From contig JAYTHS010000553.1 of the NCBI GenBank assembly GCA_043732345.1, forward strand, positions 1 to 51,751: DNA of 51,751 bases, read 5' to 3'. This DNA comes from Frankiales bacterium. GTDB taxonomy: Bacteria > Actinomycetota > Actinomycetes > Mycobacteriales > SCTD01. The notes below the pieces were generated by a model. The model saw only the letters and a list, made by a program, of their open reading frames with translations. It did not search any database and was not told where the DNA came from. Below, one piece after another: positions 18,908 to 28,281 of the stretch. A program made the translations under genes and the position numbers. Each line of letters begins with the position of its first letter. The stretch's first letter is position 1.

Positions 18908-19073
18908 CAGCAGCCCGCCGGGTCGATCAGGCGCACGAGCGCCCGCAGCACCCGGGAGCGCACGATCGCGCCGCAGCAGGTGACGTCCGCGAGGTCAGGG
19001 GTGCAAGCACGGGTCCACTGTGGCGAGCGGCTCGACGTACGTCAAACCCCGTCCGGGCGTTAGCGTGCCGCCG

Positions 19074-19691
19074 ATGACCCCCGTGAGCGCAGTGCCCGTC
19101 GCCCGACGCCTCGGTGCCCTCGCGGGGGTCGCCGCCCCCGTGAGCTTCGTCGGGGGCTGGCTGCTGGCCGGCGCCCGGGCCGACAGCTACTCGCCGCTGC
19201 GGGACGCCATCAGCCAGCTGGCCCGGGTCGGTGCCCCCACCCGCCCGCTAATGACCAGTGCCTTCGTCGCCTTCGGCGTCCTCGCCCCCGTCTGGGCCGT
19301 CACCGCCGCCCGCGTCCTGGACGCCCCTGGCCTGCAGGCCTCGGTGACCACGGCCGGCGTGGGCACGCTGGCCGTCGCGGCCCTCCCGCTCGGCGCGTCG
19401 TTCGGCGACACCCCCCACGCCGTGGCCGCGGGGGTCGGGTACGTCGCGATGGCGGTGTCCCCGCTGCTCGGCGGTCGGGCGCTGGGGCGCGCCGGCCGGA
19501 CAGCGCCAGCGCTGGCGTCGTACGGCGTGGGGGCCGTCAGCGCGGCATGCCTGGCCGGGTCGCTGACCGGTACGTGGGACGGCGGGTTCCAGCGCCTTGG
19601 ACTGGGTGTCGTTGACGCGTGGTTCGTCGTGCTCGCGGCCCGGGTGTTCAGGGGCCTGGAGGGTGGCTCACGGCCCGGAAGGGCACAGTAG
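19074..19691 (+). CDS. integral membrane protein (DUF998-like)
   Basis: ORF 19020..19691, start set to ATG 19074. About 6 hydrophobic helices. YSPLRDAISQLA motif near TM1, typical of DUF998. Divergent from ArsR. Confidence 0.55.
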   Translation: MTPVSAVPVARRLGALAGVAAPVSFVGGWLLAGARADSYSPLRDAISQLARVGAPTRPLMTSAFVAFGVLAPVWAVTAARVLDAPGLQASVTTAGVGTLAVAALPLGASFGDTPHAVAAGVGYVAMAVSPLLGGRALGRAGRTAPALASYGVGAVSAACLAGSLTGTWDGGFQRLGLGVVDAWFVVLAARVFRGLEGGSRPGRAQ

Positions 19692-19725
19692 AGGCAGTCC
19701 TGTCCCCGCTGTGAGGTCGTCTCCC

Positions 19726-20640
19726 GTGCGCCGCCGTGCCGTCCTGCTCCTCCCCCTGCTGCTCGTCGCGTCCTGCGGCAGCTCGTCCAGCCCGGCCAAG
19801 AAGGCGGCTGCACCAGGCTTTCCGACTGTCAGCGGCAGCTACGGCAGCAAGCCGTCGTTGACCTTCGCCGGCGCGACCGCCCCGACCGCGCTGAAGCAGC
19901 AGGTCCTGAAGGAGGGCACCGGGAAGACCGTCGCCAAGGGCGACCTGCTGGTGGCCGACTACCTCGGGCAGGTCTACGGGGGCAAGGTGTTCGACAACAG
20001 CTACGACCGGGGCAGCGCCGCCGGGTTCGCCATCGGCGTCGGCAAGGTCATCCCCGGGTGGGACAAGCTGCTCGTGGGCGACAAGGTCGGCAGCCGGGTG
20101 CTGCTCTCGGTGCCTTCGGCCGACGGCTACGGCGCGAAGGGCAACCCGCAGGCCGGCATCTCGGGGACCGACACCCTGGAGTTCGTCGTCGACATCGTCG
20201 GGAGCTACGACAAGAGCGCCACGGGCGACCCCAAGGCCGTGGCGCAGAAGGTGCGCACCCCGGGCATCACCGTCACCGGCGGGCCGGGCCTGAAGCCGGT
20301 CCTGAAAGTCGCCGCCGGCACCAAGGGCGTCACGAAGCCCACCCTCGTGGTGCTGGCCAAGGGCACCGGAGCGCCGGTCGCGCCGGGGCTGCTGATCGCG
20401 CAGTACGAGGCGGTCGACTACAAGAACGCCACGGCCGGCTCGACCTGGTCGGCGGGCACGCCGGCCGGCGTCAACGTCGCGACGACGGGCTCGAACTCGG
20501 TCTTCGACCAGGTCCGCGGTCTGCCGCTGGGCAGCCGGGTGCTGGTCGAGATCCCCGCTGCCAACGGTCAGCCGCCTGTCGTCGTGGTCGTCGACCTCGT
20601 GAGCCAGCCCGGCAACGCCGCGCACCCCACCACCGGCTGA
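19726..20640 (+). CDS. FKBP-type peptidyl-prolyl isomerase lipoprotein (one clear FKBP domain plus a degenerate second one)
   Basis: Start re-set to GTG 19726 (VRRRAVLLLPLLLVASC lipobox). FKBP core GKVFDNSYDRGSAAGFAIGVGKVIPGWDKLLVG...LEFVVDIV. Confidence 0.8.
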   Translation: MRRRAVLLLPLLLVASCGSSSSPAKKAAAPGFPTVSGSYGSKPSLTFAGATAPTALKQQVLKEGTGKTVAKGDLLVADYLGQVYGGKVFDNSYDRGSAAGFAIGVGKVIPGWDKLLVGDKVGSRVLLSVPSADGYGAKGNPQAGISGTDTLEFVVDIVGSYDKSATGDPKAVAQKVRTPGITVTGGPGLKPVLKVAAGTKGVTKPTLVVLAKGTGAPVAPGLLIAQYEAVDYKNATAGSTWSAGTPAGVNVATTGSNSVFDQVRGLPLGSRVLVEIPAANGQPPVVVVVDLVSQPGNAAHPTTG

Positions 20641-20704
20641 CCGCTGCACACCTGGCTGTCCCGTCCTGGCAGGTCGTTGACGCGCGACAACTAGCGTCTG
20701 CGGG

Positions 20705-21412
20705 GTGGACCGCGACGGCTGGCTGAACCTGCTCGGGCTCACACCCGAGGAGGTCCCCCGGCTGCTCGTCCTGGAGGGGACATGGTGGCGGCAGCGGGCC
20801 CTGGACACGCGCTTGCCGAGCCTGACCGACGTCCGCGAGACCGGGATGCCGGACCTGTGGTGGGGGCGCCTCGGTGGGGTCCCCGTCGCCTACTGCCCGG
20901 CGTACGGTGCGGCGCGGGCCGTCGAACCGGTGCACGTGCTCGGGCTGTGCGGCACCCCGCGGGTGGTGCAGATCGGCTCGTGCGGCGGCTTCGGCATCCC
21001 CACCGGGACGGTCGTCGTGTCGACCAGGGCGACCATCGGCGAGGGGGCCTCGCGCTACTACGGCGCCGAGGGTGTCTCGCTGCCCACCCCGGCCCTCGTC
21101 GAACGGGCAGCGCAGGCCCTGGACGACGTGCCCGTCGTGACCGGGCCTACGGTCAGCACCGACGCCCTGCTCGCGCAACCTGTTGCCCTGCAGCAGGAGT
21201 GGTCCAGCGCCGGGCACGTCGGCGTCGACCTGGAGACCAGCGCGGTCTTCTCCGCAGCGGCTGCCCTGTCGATGGAGGCGGTCTCGCTGCTGTTCGTCTG
21301 GGACGAGCTGCCGGGCCGGGCCTGGACCGACTCCTTCAGCCCCGAGGAGTTGGCCGCCCAGGCACGGGCGAACGCCGCCACGTGGCGGGTCGCCCTCGGT
21401 CTGCTGCCGTGA
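20705..21412 (+). CDS. nucleoside phosphorylase-superfamily (PNP_UDP_1-like) protein
   Basis: 235 aa. ...QIGSCGGF...VVVSTRATIGEGASRYY...GVDLETSAVFSAA... resembles the phosphorylase family 1 core. Assignment is tentative. Confidence 0.5.
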   Translation: MDRDGWLNLLGLTPEEVPRLLVLEGTWWRQRALDTRLPSLTDVRETGMPDLWWGRLGGVPVAYCPAYGAARAVEPVHVLGLCGTPRVVQIGSCGGFGIPTGTVVVSTRATIGEGASRYYGAEGVSLPTPALVERAAQALDDVPVVTGPTVSTDALLAQPVALQQEWSSAGHVGVDLETSAVFSAAAALSMEAVSLLFVWDELPGRAWTDSFSPEELAAQARANAATWRVALGLLP

Positions 21413-22017
21413 GCGTGCTGCTGGTCCTGGACCTGCTCGGGGTCTTCGTGTTCGGCCTGTCCGGGGCATCGGTCGCCATGGAGGAGGGCCTGGACCTTTT
21501 CGGTGTCGTCGTGCTGTCCGTGGTCGCAGCCCTTGGCGGCGGCCTGCTGCGCGACGTCCTGCTGGGGGCCGCGCCACCGGCCGCGCTGCGGGACTCCCGC
21601 TACCTGCTGGTCGCCCTGGTGGCCGGCGCCGTGACCCTGGTCGCGGCCCGCTACGTGCGACGGCTGGCCCCTCTGGTGCGGCTGCTCGATGCGGCGGGGC
21701 TGGGGTTGTTCGTCGCGGCGGGGACGGCGAAGGCTCTGTCGGTCGGCCTCGGAGCGGCTCCGGCGATGGCGCTGGGCTGCCTCACCGGCGTCGGCGGGGG
21801 CATCCTGCGTGACGTGCTGGTCGGTCAGGTCCCGACGGTGCTGCGCCGGGAGCTGTACGCCATCCCGGCCCTGCTCGGCGCCGCCGTCGTCTGCCTCGGC
21901 GACGGTGTCGGCACCCGTCCTGGTCCAACGGCCGTCGTAGCCGCTGGGCTGGTCTTCGGCGTCCGGATGCTCGGCGTCTGGCGGGACTGGCACTTCCCGG
22001 TCGCGCGGGGCACCTAG
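21409..22017 (+). CDS. trimeric intracellular cation channel family protein (UPF0126/YadS-like)
   Basis: ORF 20782..22017, start re-set to GTG 21409, overlapping the previous stop as GTGA. Two glycine-rich repeats, GGGLLRDVL and GGGILRDVL. 7 TM-like helices. Confidence 0.8.
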   Translation: MSVLLVLDLLGVFVFGLSGASVAMEEGLDLFGVVVLSVVAALGGGLLRDVLLGAAPPAALRDSRYLLVALVAGAVTLVAARYVRRLAPLVRLLDAAGLGLFVAAGTAKALSVGLGAAPAMALGCLTGVGGGILRDVLVGQVPTVLRRELYAIPALLGAAVVCLGDGVGTRPGPTAVVAAGLVFGVRMLGVWRDWHFPVARGT

Positions 22018-22028
22018 GAGCGGACAGC

Positions 22029-22991
22029 TCAGGCCCGATGCCGCAGGGGTTCGCCCCGGTGCCAACGCTCCACGTCCCCGACGAGCATGGCGGTGTGGTG
22101 GCCGACGACGTCCTCGGCCGCCCCGGCGAGGTGGGGCGTCAGCAGCAGGCCACGGGTCCGCAGCAGCCGGCTGTCGCGGGCTAGCGGCTCAGTGGCGAAG
22201 ACGTCCAGGGCAGCTCCCGCGAGCCGGCCGGCGTCCAGCGCGTCGCAGAGCGCCTCCTCGTCCACGATCCCCCCGCCGGCGGTGTTCACGACGTAGGACG
22301 TCATGGGCATCCGGGCCAGCAGGGTGGCGTCGACGAGACCACGGGTCTCCGGGACGCGCGGGCAGTGCAGGGTGAGGACGGCGGACCGCTCGGCGAGCTC
22401 CCCGATCCCCAGGGAACCCTTGACGGTGGGGTCGCAGACGAGCACCTGCATGCCGAAGCCGTCGCGGGCCCGCTGCCCGACCCGGCTCCCGATGGCCCCC
22501 GCGCCCACGATGCCGAGGACGCGCCCGGCCAGCTCCGGGCCCCGGAAGTGCAGGTAGGGCAGGTCGTCCCCGACGTGCCAGCCCGTGTCGCGCAGGTGCC
22601 TCTCACTGGCGGCGATGCCCCTCACCAGCGAGAGGATCGCCCCGAGGACGAAGTCCGCCACGGAGTCGGCATTGCGGGCAGGTGTGAACAGGACCGGTAC
22701 GTCGCGGGCCGCGCACGCGGCGAGGTCGACGTTGACGGGGCCGCCGCGCGCCGTCCCGACGAGCCGCAGCTCGGGCAGTGCTGCCAGGACCTCGGCGTCG
22801 ACGACCTCGACCTCGGTGACCAGCAGCGCGGCGCCCCGGGCAACGTCGATGAGCTCCTGTCGGTCCAGCTGCCGGCGGGTCAGCCCCCAGCCGGCCCGCT
22901 CGACGATGTAGCCGAGCCGCTCGAGGCGGCGCACGCCGTCAGCTGTGATCTCCGCAGTCACCAGGGCCTTCACCCGGGCAGTCTCGCTCAC
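22029..22991 (-). CDS. D-isomer-specific 2-hydroxyacid dehydrogenase (NAD-binding)
   Basis: ORF 22029..23558, start re-set to GTG 22991 (GTGA overlap with the kinase stop). GxGxxG GIVGAGAIGSRVG. Catalytic region ...NTAGG...LDVF..EP...TPHLAG. Confidence 0.85.
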   Translation of the reverse strand: MSETARVKALVTAEITADGVRRLERLGYIVERAGWGLTRRQLDRQELIDVARGAALLVTEVEVVDAEVLAALPELRLVGTARGGPVNVDLAACAARDVPVLFTPARNADSVADFVLGAILSLVRGIAASERHLRDTGWHVGDDLPYLHFRGPELAGRVLGIVGAGAIGSRVGQRARDGFGMQVLVCDPTVKGSLGIGELAERSAVLTLHCPRVPETRGLVDATLLARMPMTSYVVNTAGGGIVDEEALCDALDAGRLAGAALDVFATEPLARDSRLLRTRGLLLTPHLAGAAEDVVGHHTAMLVGDVERWHRGEPLRHRA

Positions 22992-24364
22992 CCGGGCAGG
23001 GCCGCTCGCAGCGCCTCGGTGACCTGCAGCCACCGCTCGCGACGGGGCGCCAGGACAGCCGGGTCCCCGGCGGGGACGACCGTCTCGGGCAGGCTGGGCC
23101 GGTGCGCGTGGGCACCGACCGCTCGGGCGACCAGGGCCGCCCCCGCCGCGGCCGGGCCACCGGTCGCCACGCGCAGGTCGCGGCCGAGCACCTGCGCGAG
23201 CACCGGGGCGAGCGGGGCGGCCCCGCCGCCGGCCAGGACGAGGTGGTCGGCCCGACAGCCGAGGGCGCGCTCCAAGTCCAGCACTCCCCCGGCCACCGCG
23301 AAGGCGTGCGACTCCAGCAGCGCCCGGGCGACCTGGCCCGCTGTGGTCGCCGGGCCCACCCCGACCAGCGACCACGGTGGCTTGACCTGCCACGTCTGCT
23401 GCGACCACCAGGGCGCCGCCGTCACGGCGACCACTCCTGCCGGCTCGTCGGCGATCTCTTCCCCCGCTAGGCCGGACCACCAGCCGGAGAAGGCTCCGGG
23501 GTAGCCGGCGTTGCCCTCGACCGCCCACAGGTCCGGCGCCGCGTGGGTGGAGACCCACGGGCGCTCGAGCGGGTCGACGACCGGATGCGAGGTCGCGGCC
23601 TGCACGGGTGTGCTCGACCCGGCGACGACGGTGACGACCCCATCCGCCAGCCCACCGGCGGCCATCGCCGCGAGCTGGGTGTCGCCGCAGCCCGAGACGA
23701 CGGGCAGCCCGACCGGCAGTCCCCAGCCCACGAGCAGCTCACCGACGACCGTCCCCGCCTCGACGATCGGCGCGAGCAGCTCGGCTCGGATCCCGTTGTC
23801 CACCAGCAGCTCTGATGCCCACGACCGGGCGGCCACGTCCGCCATCGCCCCGGCACAGGCGTACGACACCTCAGTCACCTGCACCCCGCACAGCCGCCAC
23901 AGCAGCCAGTCGTGCAGGAAGAGCACCCGTCGCGTCGCGGCCCACCGGTCAGGCTCCTCGGCCTGCACGGCCAGCAGCTTGGGAAGCGTCAGCTCCGGGG
24001 CCGGCCAGTGGCCGGTCAGCGCGTGCCGGCCGGCCAGCACCCCGTCGTACGCCGCTCCTCGTCGGTCGCTGTTGAGCACGCCGTTGCCCAGCACCTCGCC
24101 GTCGACTCCGAGCAGCACGAACCCCTGCCGCAGGGTGCTCACGGTGATGCCAAGCCAGTCATCCTCGCCGGCGTCGGCCACCGCAGCGCAGAGCGCCTCG
24201 CGGCAGGCGGCCTCCCAGACGGCGGGGTCCAGCTCGGCCCGGTGCTCGGCGGGTCGCAGGGTGGGCAGGGCGACGCTCGACGAGGCCCGCAGCCCCCCGC
24301 CGACCTCGTGGACCCAGGCCTTCACGGACGAGCCACCGACGTCGAGCCCCGCCGTGAGCTGCAC
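22988..24364 (-). CDS. FGGY-family carbohydrate kinase
   Basis: N-terminal LDVGGSSVKAW phosphate-1 motif. 458 aa two-domain actin-fold kinase. ...GCGDTQLAAMAAG... Confidence 0.8.
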   Translation of the reverse strand: MQLTAGLDVGGSSVKAWVHEVGGGLRASSSVALPTLRPAEHRAELDPAVWEAACREALCAAVADAGEDDWLGITVSTLRQGFVLLGVDGEVLGNGVLNSDRRGAAYDGVLAGRHALTGHWPAPELTLPKLLAVQAEEPDRWAATRRVLFLHDWLLWRLCGVQVTEVSYACAGAMADVAARSWASELLVDNGIRAELLAPIVEAGTVVGELLVGWGLPVGLPVVSGCGDTQLAAMAAGGLADGVVTVVAGSSTPVQAATSHPVVDPLERPWVSTHAAPDLWAVEGNAGYPGAFSGWWSGLAGEEIADEPAGVVAVTAAPWWSQQTWQVKPPWSLVGVGPATTAGQVARALLESHAFAVAGGVLDLERALGCRADHLVLAGGGAAPLAPVLAQVLGRDLRVATGGPAAAGAALVARAVGAHAHRPSLPETVVPAGDPAVLAPRRERWLQVTEALRAALPG

Positions 24365-24999
24365 TAGACCGAGGCCTCCCCGGCCCGGACCGTCTCGAGG
24401 TACGACGGCGGGCAGGCCGTCGTGGTGTCACCCAGCTGCAGCATCACCAGCGTCGCGCGGGCGGCCTCCTCGAGGTTGGCCGCGCGCTTGTGGGCCAGCT
24501 CGACGGTCTCGCCGAGGATCGAGCAGCCGTGGTTGCCGAGGACGACGCAGTTGCAGCCGCCGGCCGCCGCCTGCGCACCGGCCTCGGCGAGCTCCGGGGT
24601 GCCGCTCTGGATGAACGGCGTCGTCACGACCTCGCGGACGTAGTAGGCGTGGTCGATCGTCAGGAGCCGGATGGGCAGGCCCATCGCCGTCAGCAGGACC
24701 GAGGTCTGCGGGTGCAGGTGGACGACGGCGTTGACATCCGGCCGCACCCGGTAGCTCGCGAGGTGGAGCTGGGCCTCGCTGCTGGGGCGGGGATGTCCGG
24801 ACAGCACGGTGCCGTCGGCGATCGAGACCGTGCTGAAGCTGTCCCTGCCCAGCTCGTCGAGCCAGGTGCCGCTGGCCGTCACGACGCACCGGTCCGAGCC
24901 CGGCTCACGGGCCGACAGGTTGCCGCCGGAGCCGATGACAAGCCCGGCGGCGACCGCCTTGCGGCCGACGGTGATCAGCTGGTCGACGAGGTCGGTCAC
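24364..24999 (-). CDS. class II aldolase/adducin-fold protein (aldolase, epimerase or decarboxylase type)
   Basis: GSGGNLSAR, metal ligands ...VVHLHP..., GNHGCS. 211 aa. Confidence 0.85.
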   Translation of the reverse strand: MTDLVDQLITVGRKAVAAGLVIGSGGNLSAREPGSDRCVVTASGTWLDELGRDSFSTVSIADGTVLSGHPRPSSEAQLHLASYRVRPDVNAVVHLHPQTSVLLTAMGLPIRLLTIDHAYYVREVVTTPFIQSGTPELAEAGAQAAAGGCNCVVLGNHGCSILGETVELAHKRAANLEEAARATLVMLQLGDTTTACPPSYLETVRAGEASV

Positions 25000-25898
25000 G
25001 GGACCACGATCTCCTTCAGTCGGGGGGTGGGCTTGGTGAGCGCCTCGCTGAGGCCCTCGAGCGGGTGCGTGCCGGTCACGACGAGCGCGCCGTCGAGCCG
25101 GTCGAGCAGCGCGATCGCGTCGGGGAAGCAGCCGGGGCCAAGGTGGCCGCCGGCGACCTGCCGCTCACCGTGCTCGGCGATCCGGTTGAGGTCCAGCGAC
25201 CACGGCCGGTCGTAAACGCCGTAGACCCCAAGCCTCCCACCGGCCCGCACCGCACCGAGCAGGACGTCGACGGCCGCGACGTCCCCGCTCACGTCGATCC
25301 CCACGTCGTACGCCGAGGCGACGGGATCCGTTGTCCAGTCGTCATAGCCCAGATCACCTGCCAGGCAGCCCTTCTCCAGCGACCGGACCAGGGCCGTGAC
25401 GTGCTCGGCACCCTCGGCGCGGGCCGCCGTCGCGGCGAGCGCACCCAGCCCCCCGAGCCCGGCCACGAGTACCCGGTCGCCGGGGCGCACCCCGGCCCGG
25501 CGGACCGCGTGCAGGACGCAGGCCATTGGCTCGGCGAGCACGGCCTGCTCCCGCGTCAGCGCGTCGGGGACCGGGTGGACGAGCGCGTCAGCCGGCAGGG
25601 CGAGCTGCTCGGCGAACCCGCCGGGGATCCCGCTGCCGAGGTGCCGGCCGTCGGGCAGCAGGACCTCGGTGGTGACCCGCGTCCCGGTCGGCAGGGGGCC
25701 GTGGACGACGCGGGCGAGGACCTCGTGCCCGGGCACGAAGGGCCACGGCAGCTCGCCCCAGGGGTGCCGACCCGTCCACAGCATCCGGTCCGCCGCGCAG
25801 ACGCCGGTCGCCTCGACGTCGAGCAGCCACGGCCCGTCCGGGGTGGGGAGCTCCGTGAGCCGGAAGTCGCCGGGACCGTGGGCGAGGACCGCCCTCAC
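24996..25898 (-). CDS. zinc-type medium-chain alcohol/polyol dehydrogenase
   Basis: GVCAADRMLWTG...PFVPGHE catalytic Zn ligands. GLGGLGALAA Rossmann motif. 300 aa. Confidence 0.8.
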   Translation of the reverse strand: MRAVLAHGPGDFRLTELPTPDGPWLLDVEATGVCAADRMLWTGRHPWGELPWPFVPGHEVLARVVHGPLPTGTRVTTEVLLPDGRHLGSGIPGGFAEQLALPADALVHPVPDALTREQAVLAEPMACVLHAVRRAGVRPGDRVLVAGLGGLGALAATAARAEGAEHVTALVRSLEKGCLAGDLGYDDWTTDPVASAYDVGIDVSGDVAAVDVLLGAVRAGGRLGVYGVYDRPWSLDLNRIAEHGERQVAGGHLGPGCFPDAIALLDRLDGALVVTGTHPLEGLSEALTKPTPRLKEIVVP

Positions 25899-26668
25899 CC
25901 GCGGCGGGACAGCACGTGGTCGCGGCTCTCCCGGACAGCCTGCTCGCCGGTCATGAGCCCGGTACTCACCGCGCCGTACAGGTCGAAGGAGGCCGTACCC
26001 GCATAACCGGTTGCGTCCAGCGCGGCCACGAACGTGCCGAGGTCGTGCAACCGGCCGCAGGGCAGGTCATCGTCGCCACCGCCGAGCTCCGCGTCCCCGA
26101 GGTGCACGTGCAGCAGCAGGTCCCCCAGCAGCTCGACGACCTGCGCGGGGTCCTCACCCAGGGCGTAGGCGTGACCGGTGTCGAGCAGGACGCCCAGCCC
26201 GGGGACATGCTTGCACAGTGCCAGCGCCTCGGCGGCCGTCGCGACCGCGGTGTCGGGCTTGTACTCGAGCGCGAGGCGCACGTCGCCGGCGGCCTGGACG
26301 ACGCGGCGCAGACCGGCGACGATCTCGGCCCCGACGGGGTCGGCGCCGGGCCACAGGCCGAGGACGGGCAGCCCCCGCTCGCGGCACACCTGCGCGCAGG
26401 CCCGGACCTGCTCGACCAGACGGTCGACCTCACCGGACAGCGCACCGGCTGGCCAGCGCTCGACGGGCAGCGACAGCAGGACGTCCGTGACGGGCACGTC
26501 AGCGGGCAGCGCCGCGAGCCGCTCGGGGGCCAGCTCCACCGCCGCGTCATAGACCCCGAGCTCGACGCCCTCGAGGCCGAGGGCAGCCGTCTGCCGGACG
26601 TGCTCGGGCCCCAGGGTGCCGTCAGGCCAGGAGTTCCAGTCGGCATCGGTGAGCCGCCAGGTGCTCAT
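25895..26668 (-). CDS. sugar-phosphate isomerase/epimerase (xylose-isomerase-like TIM barrel, AP_endonuc_2 fold)
   Basis: 257 aa. ...RLALEYKP...LLDTGHAY...HVHLGD... are conserved metal-binding E/D/H positions of this fold. Confidence 0.75.
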   Translation of the reverse strand: MSTWRLTDADWNSWPDGTLGPEHVRQTAALGLEGVELGVYDAAVELAPERLAALPADVPVTDVLLSLPVERWPAGALSGEVDRLVEQVRACAQVCRERGLPVLGLWPGADPVGAEIVAGLRRVVQAAGDVRLALEYKPDTAVATAAEALALCKHVPGLGVLLDTGHAYALGEDPAQVVELLGDLLLHVHLGDAELGGGDDDLPCGRLHDLGTFVAALDATGYAGTASFDLYGAVSTGLMTGEQAVRESRDHVLSRRG

Positions 26669-27738
26669 CCGGACTGCTCCCGCAGGCGCTGCAGGGTCGC
26701 CTCGCGCACCGGTCCGGTCTGCGCCTGCACGAGCAGGAACGCTGCTTCGCGCAGGTGCCGCTGGGGGGGCGCCGACAGCTCCATGGCGCTGCCTCCCGTC
26801 GCGACGACCAGCGCCGAGGCCGACCGGATGCCCAGCTCCAGGGCGTGGGCGCGGATGGCGAGCCGGTCCTCGACCTGCTCCAGCGGCGGGACGTGGTCGA
26901 TGAGGGCGTAGGCCTGGCTGCGCAGGGCCATGGCCTCATCGGCGAGCTCCTCCGCCAGCCGGGCCGCGGTGTCGTCACCGCGGCGCTCGGCGACCTGCGC
27001 CAGCCGGCGCACCACCTCGGCCTGCAGACCGAACAGCGAGGCACTGGTGTCGGCGGTCTTCGCCCGGTCGGCGGCCAGCCAGTCGTCGTACGGCCGGACG
27101 GCGGCGACATCGGCGTTGGCGACGAAGAACGCGTCCAGGTCGAAGGTCACGGTCGAGGTGGCCTGCATCGCCGCCAGCCGCATCGGCGCGCTCGAGGTGA
27201 GCCCTCCGCCGTCGCGAGCGGGCACGAGCGTCATCACGGCCTGCCCGTCGGCGGACAATCCGCAGAGCAGAACGACGTCGCACAGGCCCCAGGACGTCAT
27301 CCACCCGACGTGTCCGTCGAGCTGCCAGCCGCCCTCGACCCGGGTCGCGAGCACGGCGGGCGGACCGGGGCGACGCAGGTGGGCCACGGCGACGCCCGCG
27401 AGGACCTCGCCGGTGCACAGCGGCCCCAGCAGTCGCTCCCGGAGCGGTTCGTTGTCCGAGCTAGCGAGCACGGCGAGCGGCATCGCGTGCTGGGTCAGCA
27501 CGAACCACGTCGCGAGGTCGGCGCCGGCCAGGACCTCGACGACCTCGCGCACCACCCGCGGCGGCGCACCTCCACCGCCGTACGCCGGGGGGCCGGCCAG
27601 GCCGAGCAGCCCGGCCCGGGCCAGCGCATCGAGGTGGCTGCGCGGGACCCCCTCGACGTCCACCCGCTCGGCGGACGGGCGCAGCAGCTCGTCGGCCAGC
27701 CGCTCGGCCAGCAGGACCGGGGAGGTCGTCGTTGTCAC
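26665..27738 (-). CDS. acyl-CoA dehydrogenase-fold protein (357 aa; paralog of 10969..11967)
   Basis: GTG start at 27738. See the shared blocks listed for 10969..11967. 4-nt overlap with the downstream TIM-barrel gene. Confidence 0.7.
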   Translation of the reverse strand: MTTTTSPVLLAERLADELLRPSAERVDVEGVPRSHLDALARAGLLGLAGPPAYGGGGAPPRVVREVVEVLAGADLATWFVLTQHAMPLAVLASSDNEPLRERLLGPLCTGEVLAGVAVAHLRRPGPPAVLATRVEGGWQLDGHVGWMTSWGLCDVVLLCGLSADGQAVMTLVPARDGGGLTSSAPMRLAAMQATSTVTFDLDAFFVANADVAAVRPYDDWLAADRAKTADTSASLFGLQAEVVRRLAQVAERRGDDTAARLAEELADEAMALRSQAYALIDHVPPLEQVEDRLAIRAHALELGIRSASALVVATGGSAMELSAPPQRHLREAAFLLVQAQTGPVREATLQRLREQSG

Positions 27739-28033
27739 GCCCCAAGCCTAGGTGCGCGGGTCCCCACCCGCCGACGGCGCCGAAGCCACCGTCGACACAC
27801 ACGATCGCGCCGGTCGTCGCGGGTAACCACTCGGACAGCAGCATCACGCAGGCCTGCGCGACCGGCTCCGCGTCGCGGACGTCCCAGCCCAGCGGGGCCC
27901 GGCGACCCGACGGGTGAGCGACATCGGTCGGCCGAAGCTCGACCTCCGCGCCCTGCTCGTCGGCCAGGCGGGCGACGCTCGCCTCGATGAGGACCCCGGT
28001 GACGAGCAGCCGCTTGCCTGCCAGCAGGCTCAA
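27739..28033 (-). pseudogene. internally deleted enoyl-ACP reductase (FabI/InhA) remnant
   Basis: The first ~98 codons of ORF 27461..28033 (TTG start, TTGA overlap with the ACP stop) read [89 protein letters not shown]. They align to residues ~1-37 and ~205-255 of the intact FabI at 38166..38936 ([16 protein letters not shown]...[46 protein letters not shown]). The middle ~170 aa, including the Tyr/Lys catalytic region, is absent, and the stop is lost. Confidence 0.7.
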
Positions 28034-28272
28034 GCGACCTTCGTCATGATCAGGTCGAGGAAGGCGCCGATCGTCGTCAGGTCGGTGAGCTCGTCCTCGG
28101 GCAGCTCGATCCCGAGCGCATCCTCGAGGTCCATCGTGTACTCCACGAGCGACAGGGAGTCGACGTCGAGGTCCTCGACAAAGGACTTGTCCTCCTGGAC
28201 GGCGTCGGGCTCGACCTCGAGCAGCTCGACGGCCTTGTCCCTCATGACCTGCAACACCTCGGCGCGCTCCAT
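28030..28272 (-). CDS. acyl carrier protein (extra copy 1)
   Basis: 80 aa. Phosphopantetheine site FVEDLDVDSLSLVEYTMDLEDALGIELPEDE. Confidence 0.85.
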   Translation of the reverse strand: MERAEVLQVMRDKAVELLEVEPDAVQEDKSFVEDLDVDSLSLVEYTMDLEDALGIELPEDELTDLTTIGAFLDLIMTKVA

Positions 28273-28281
28273 GGGGGAAGG

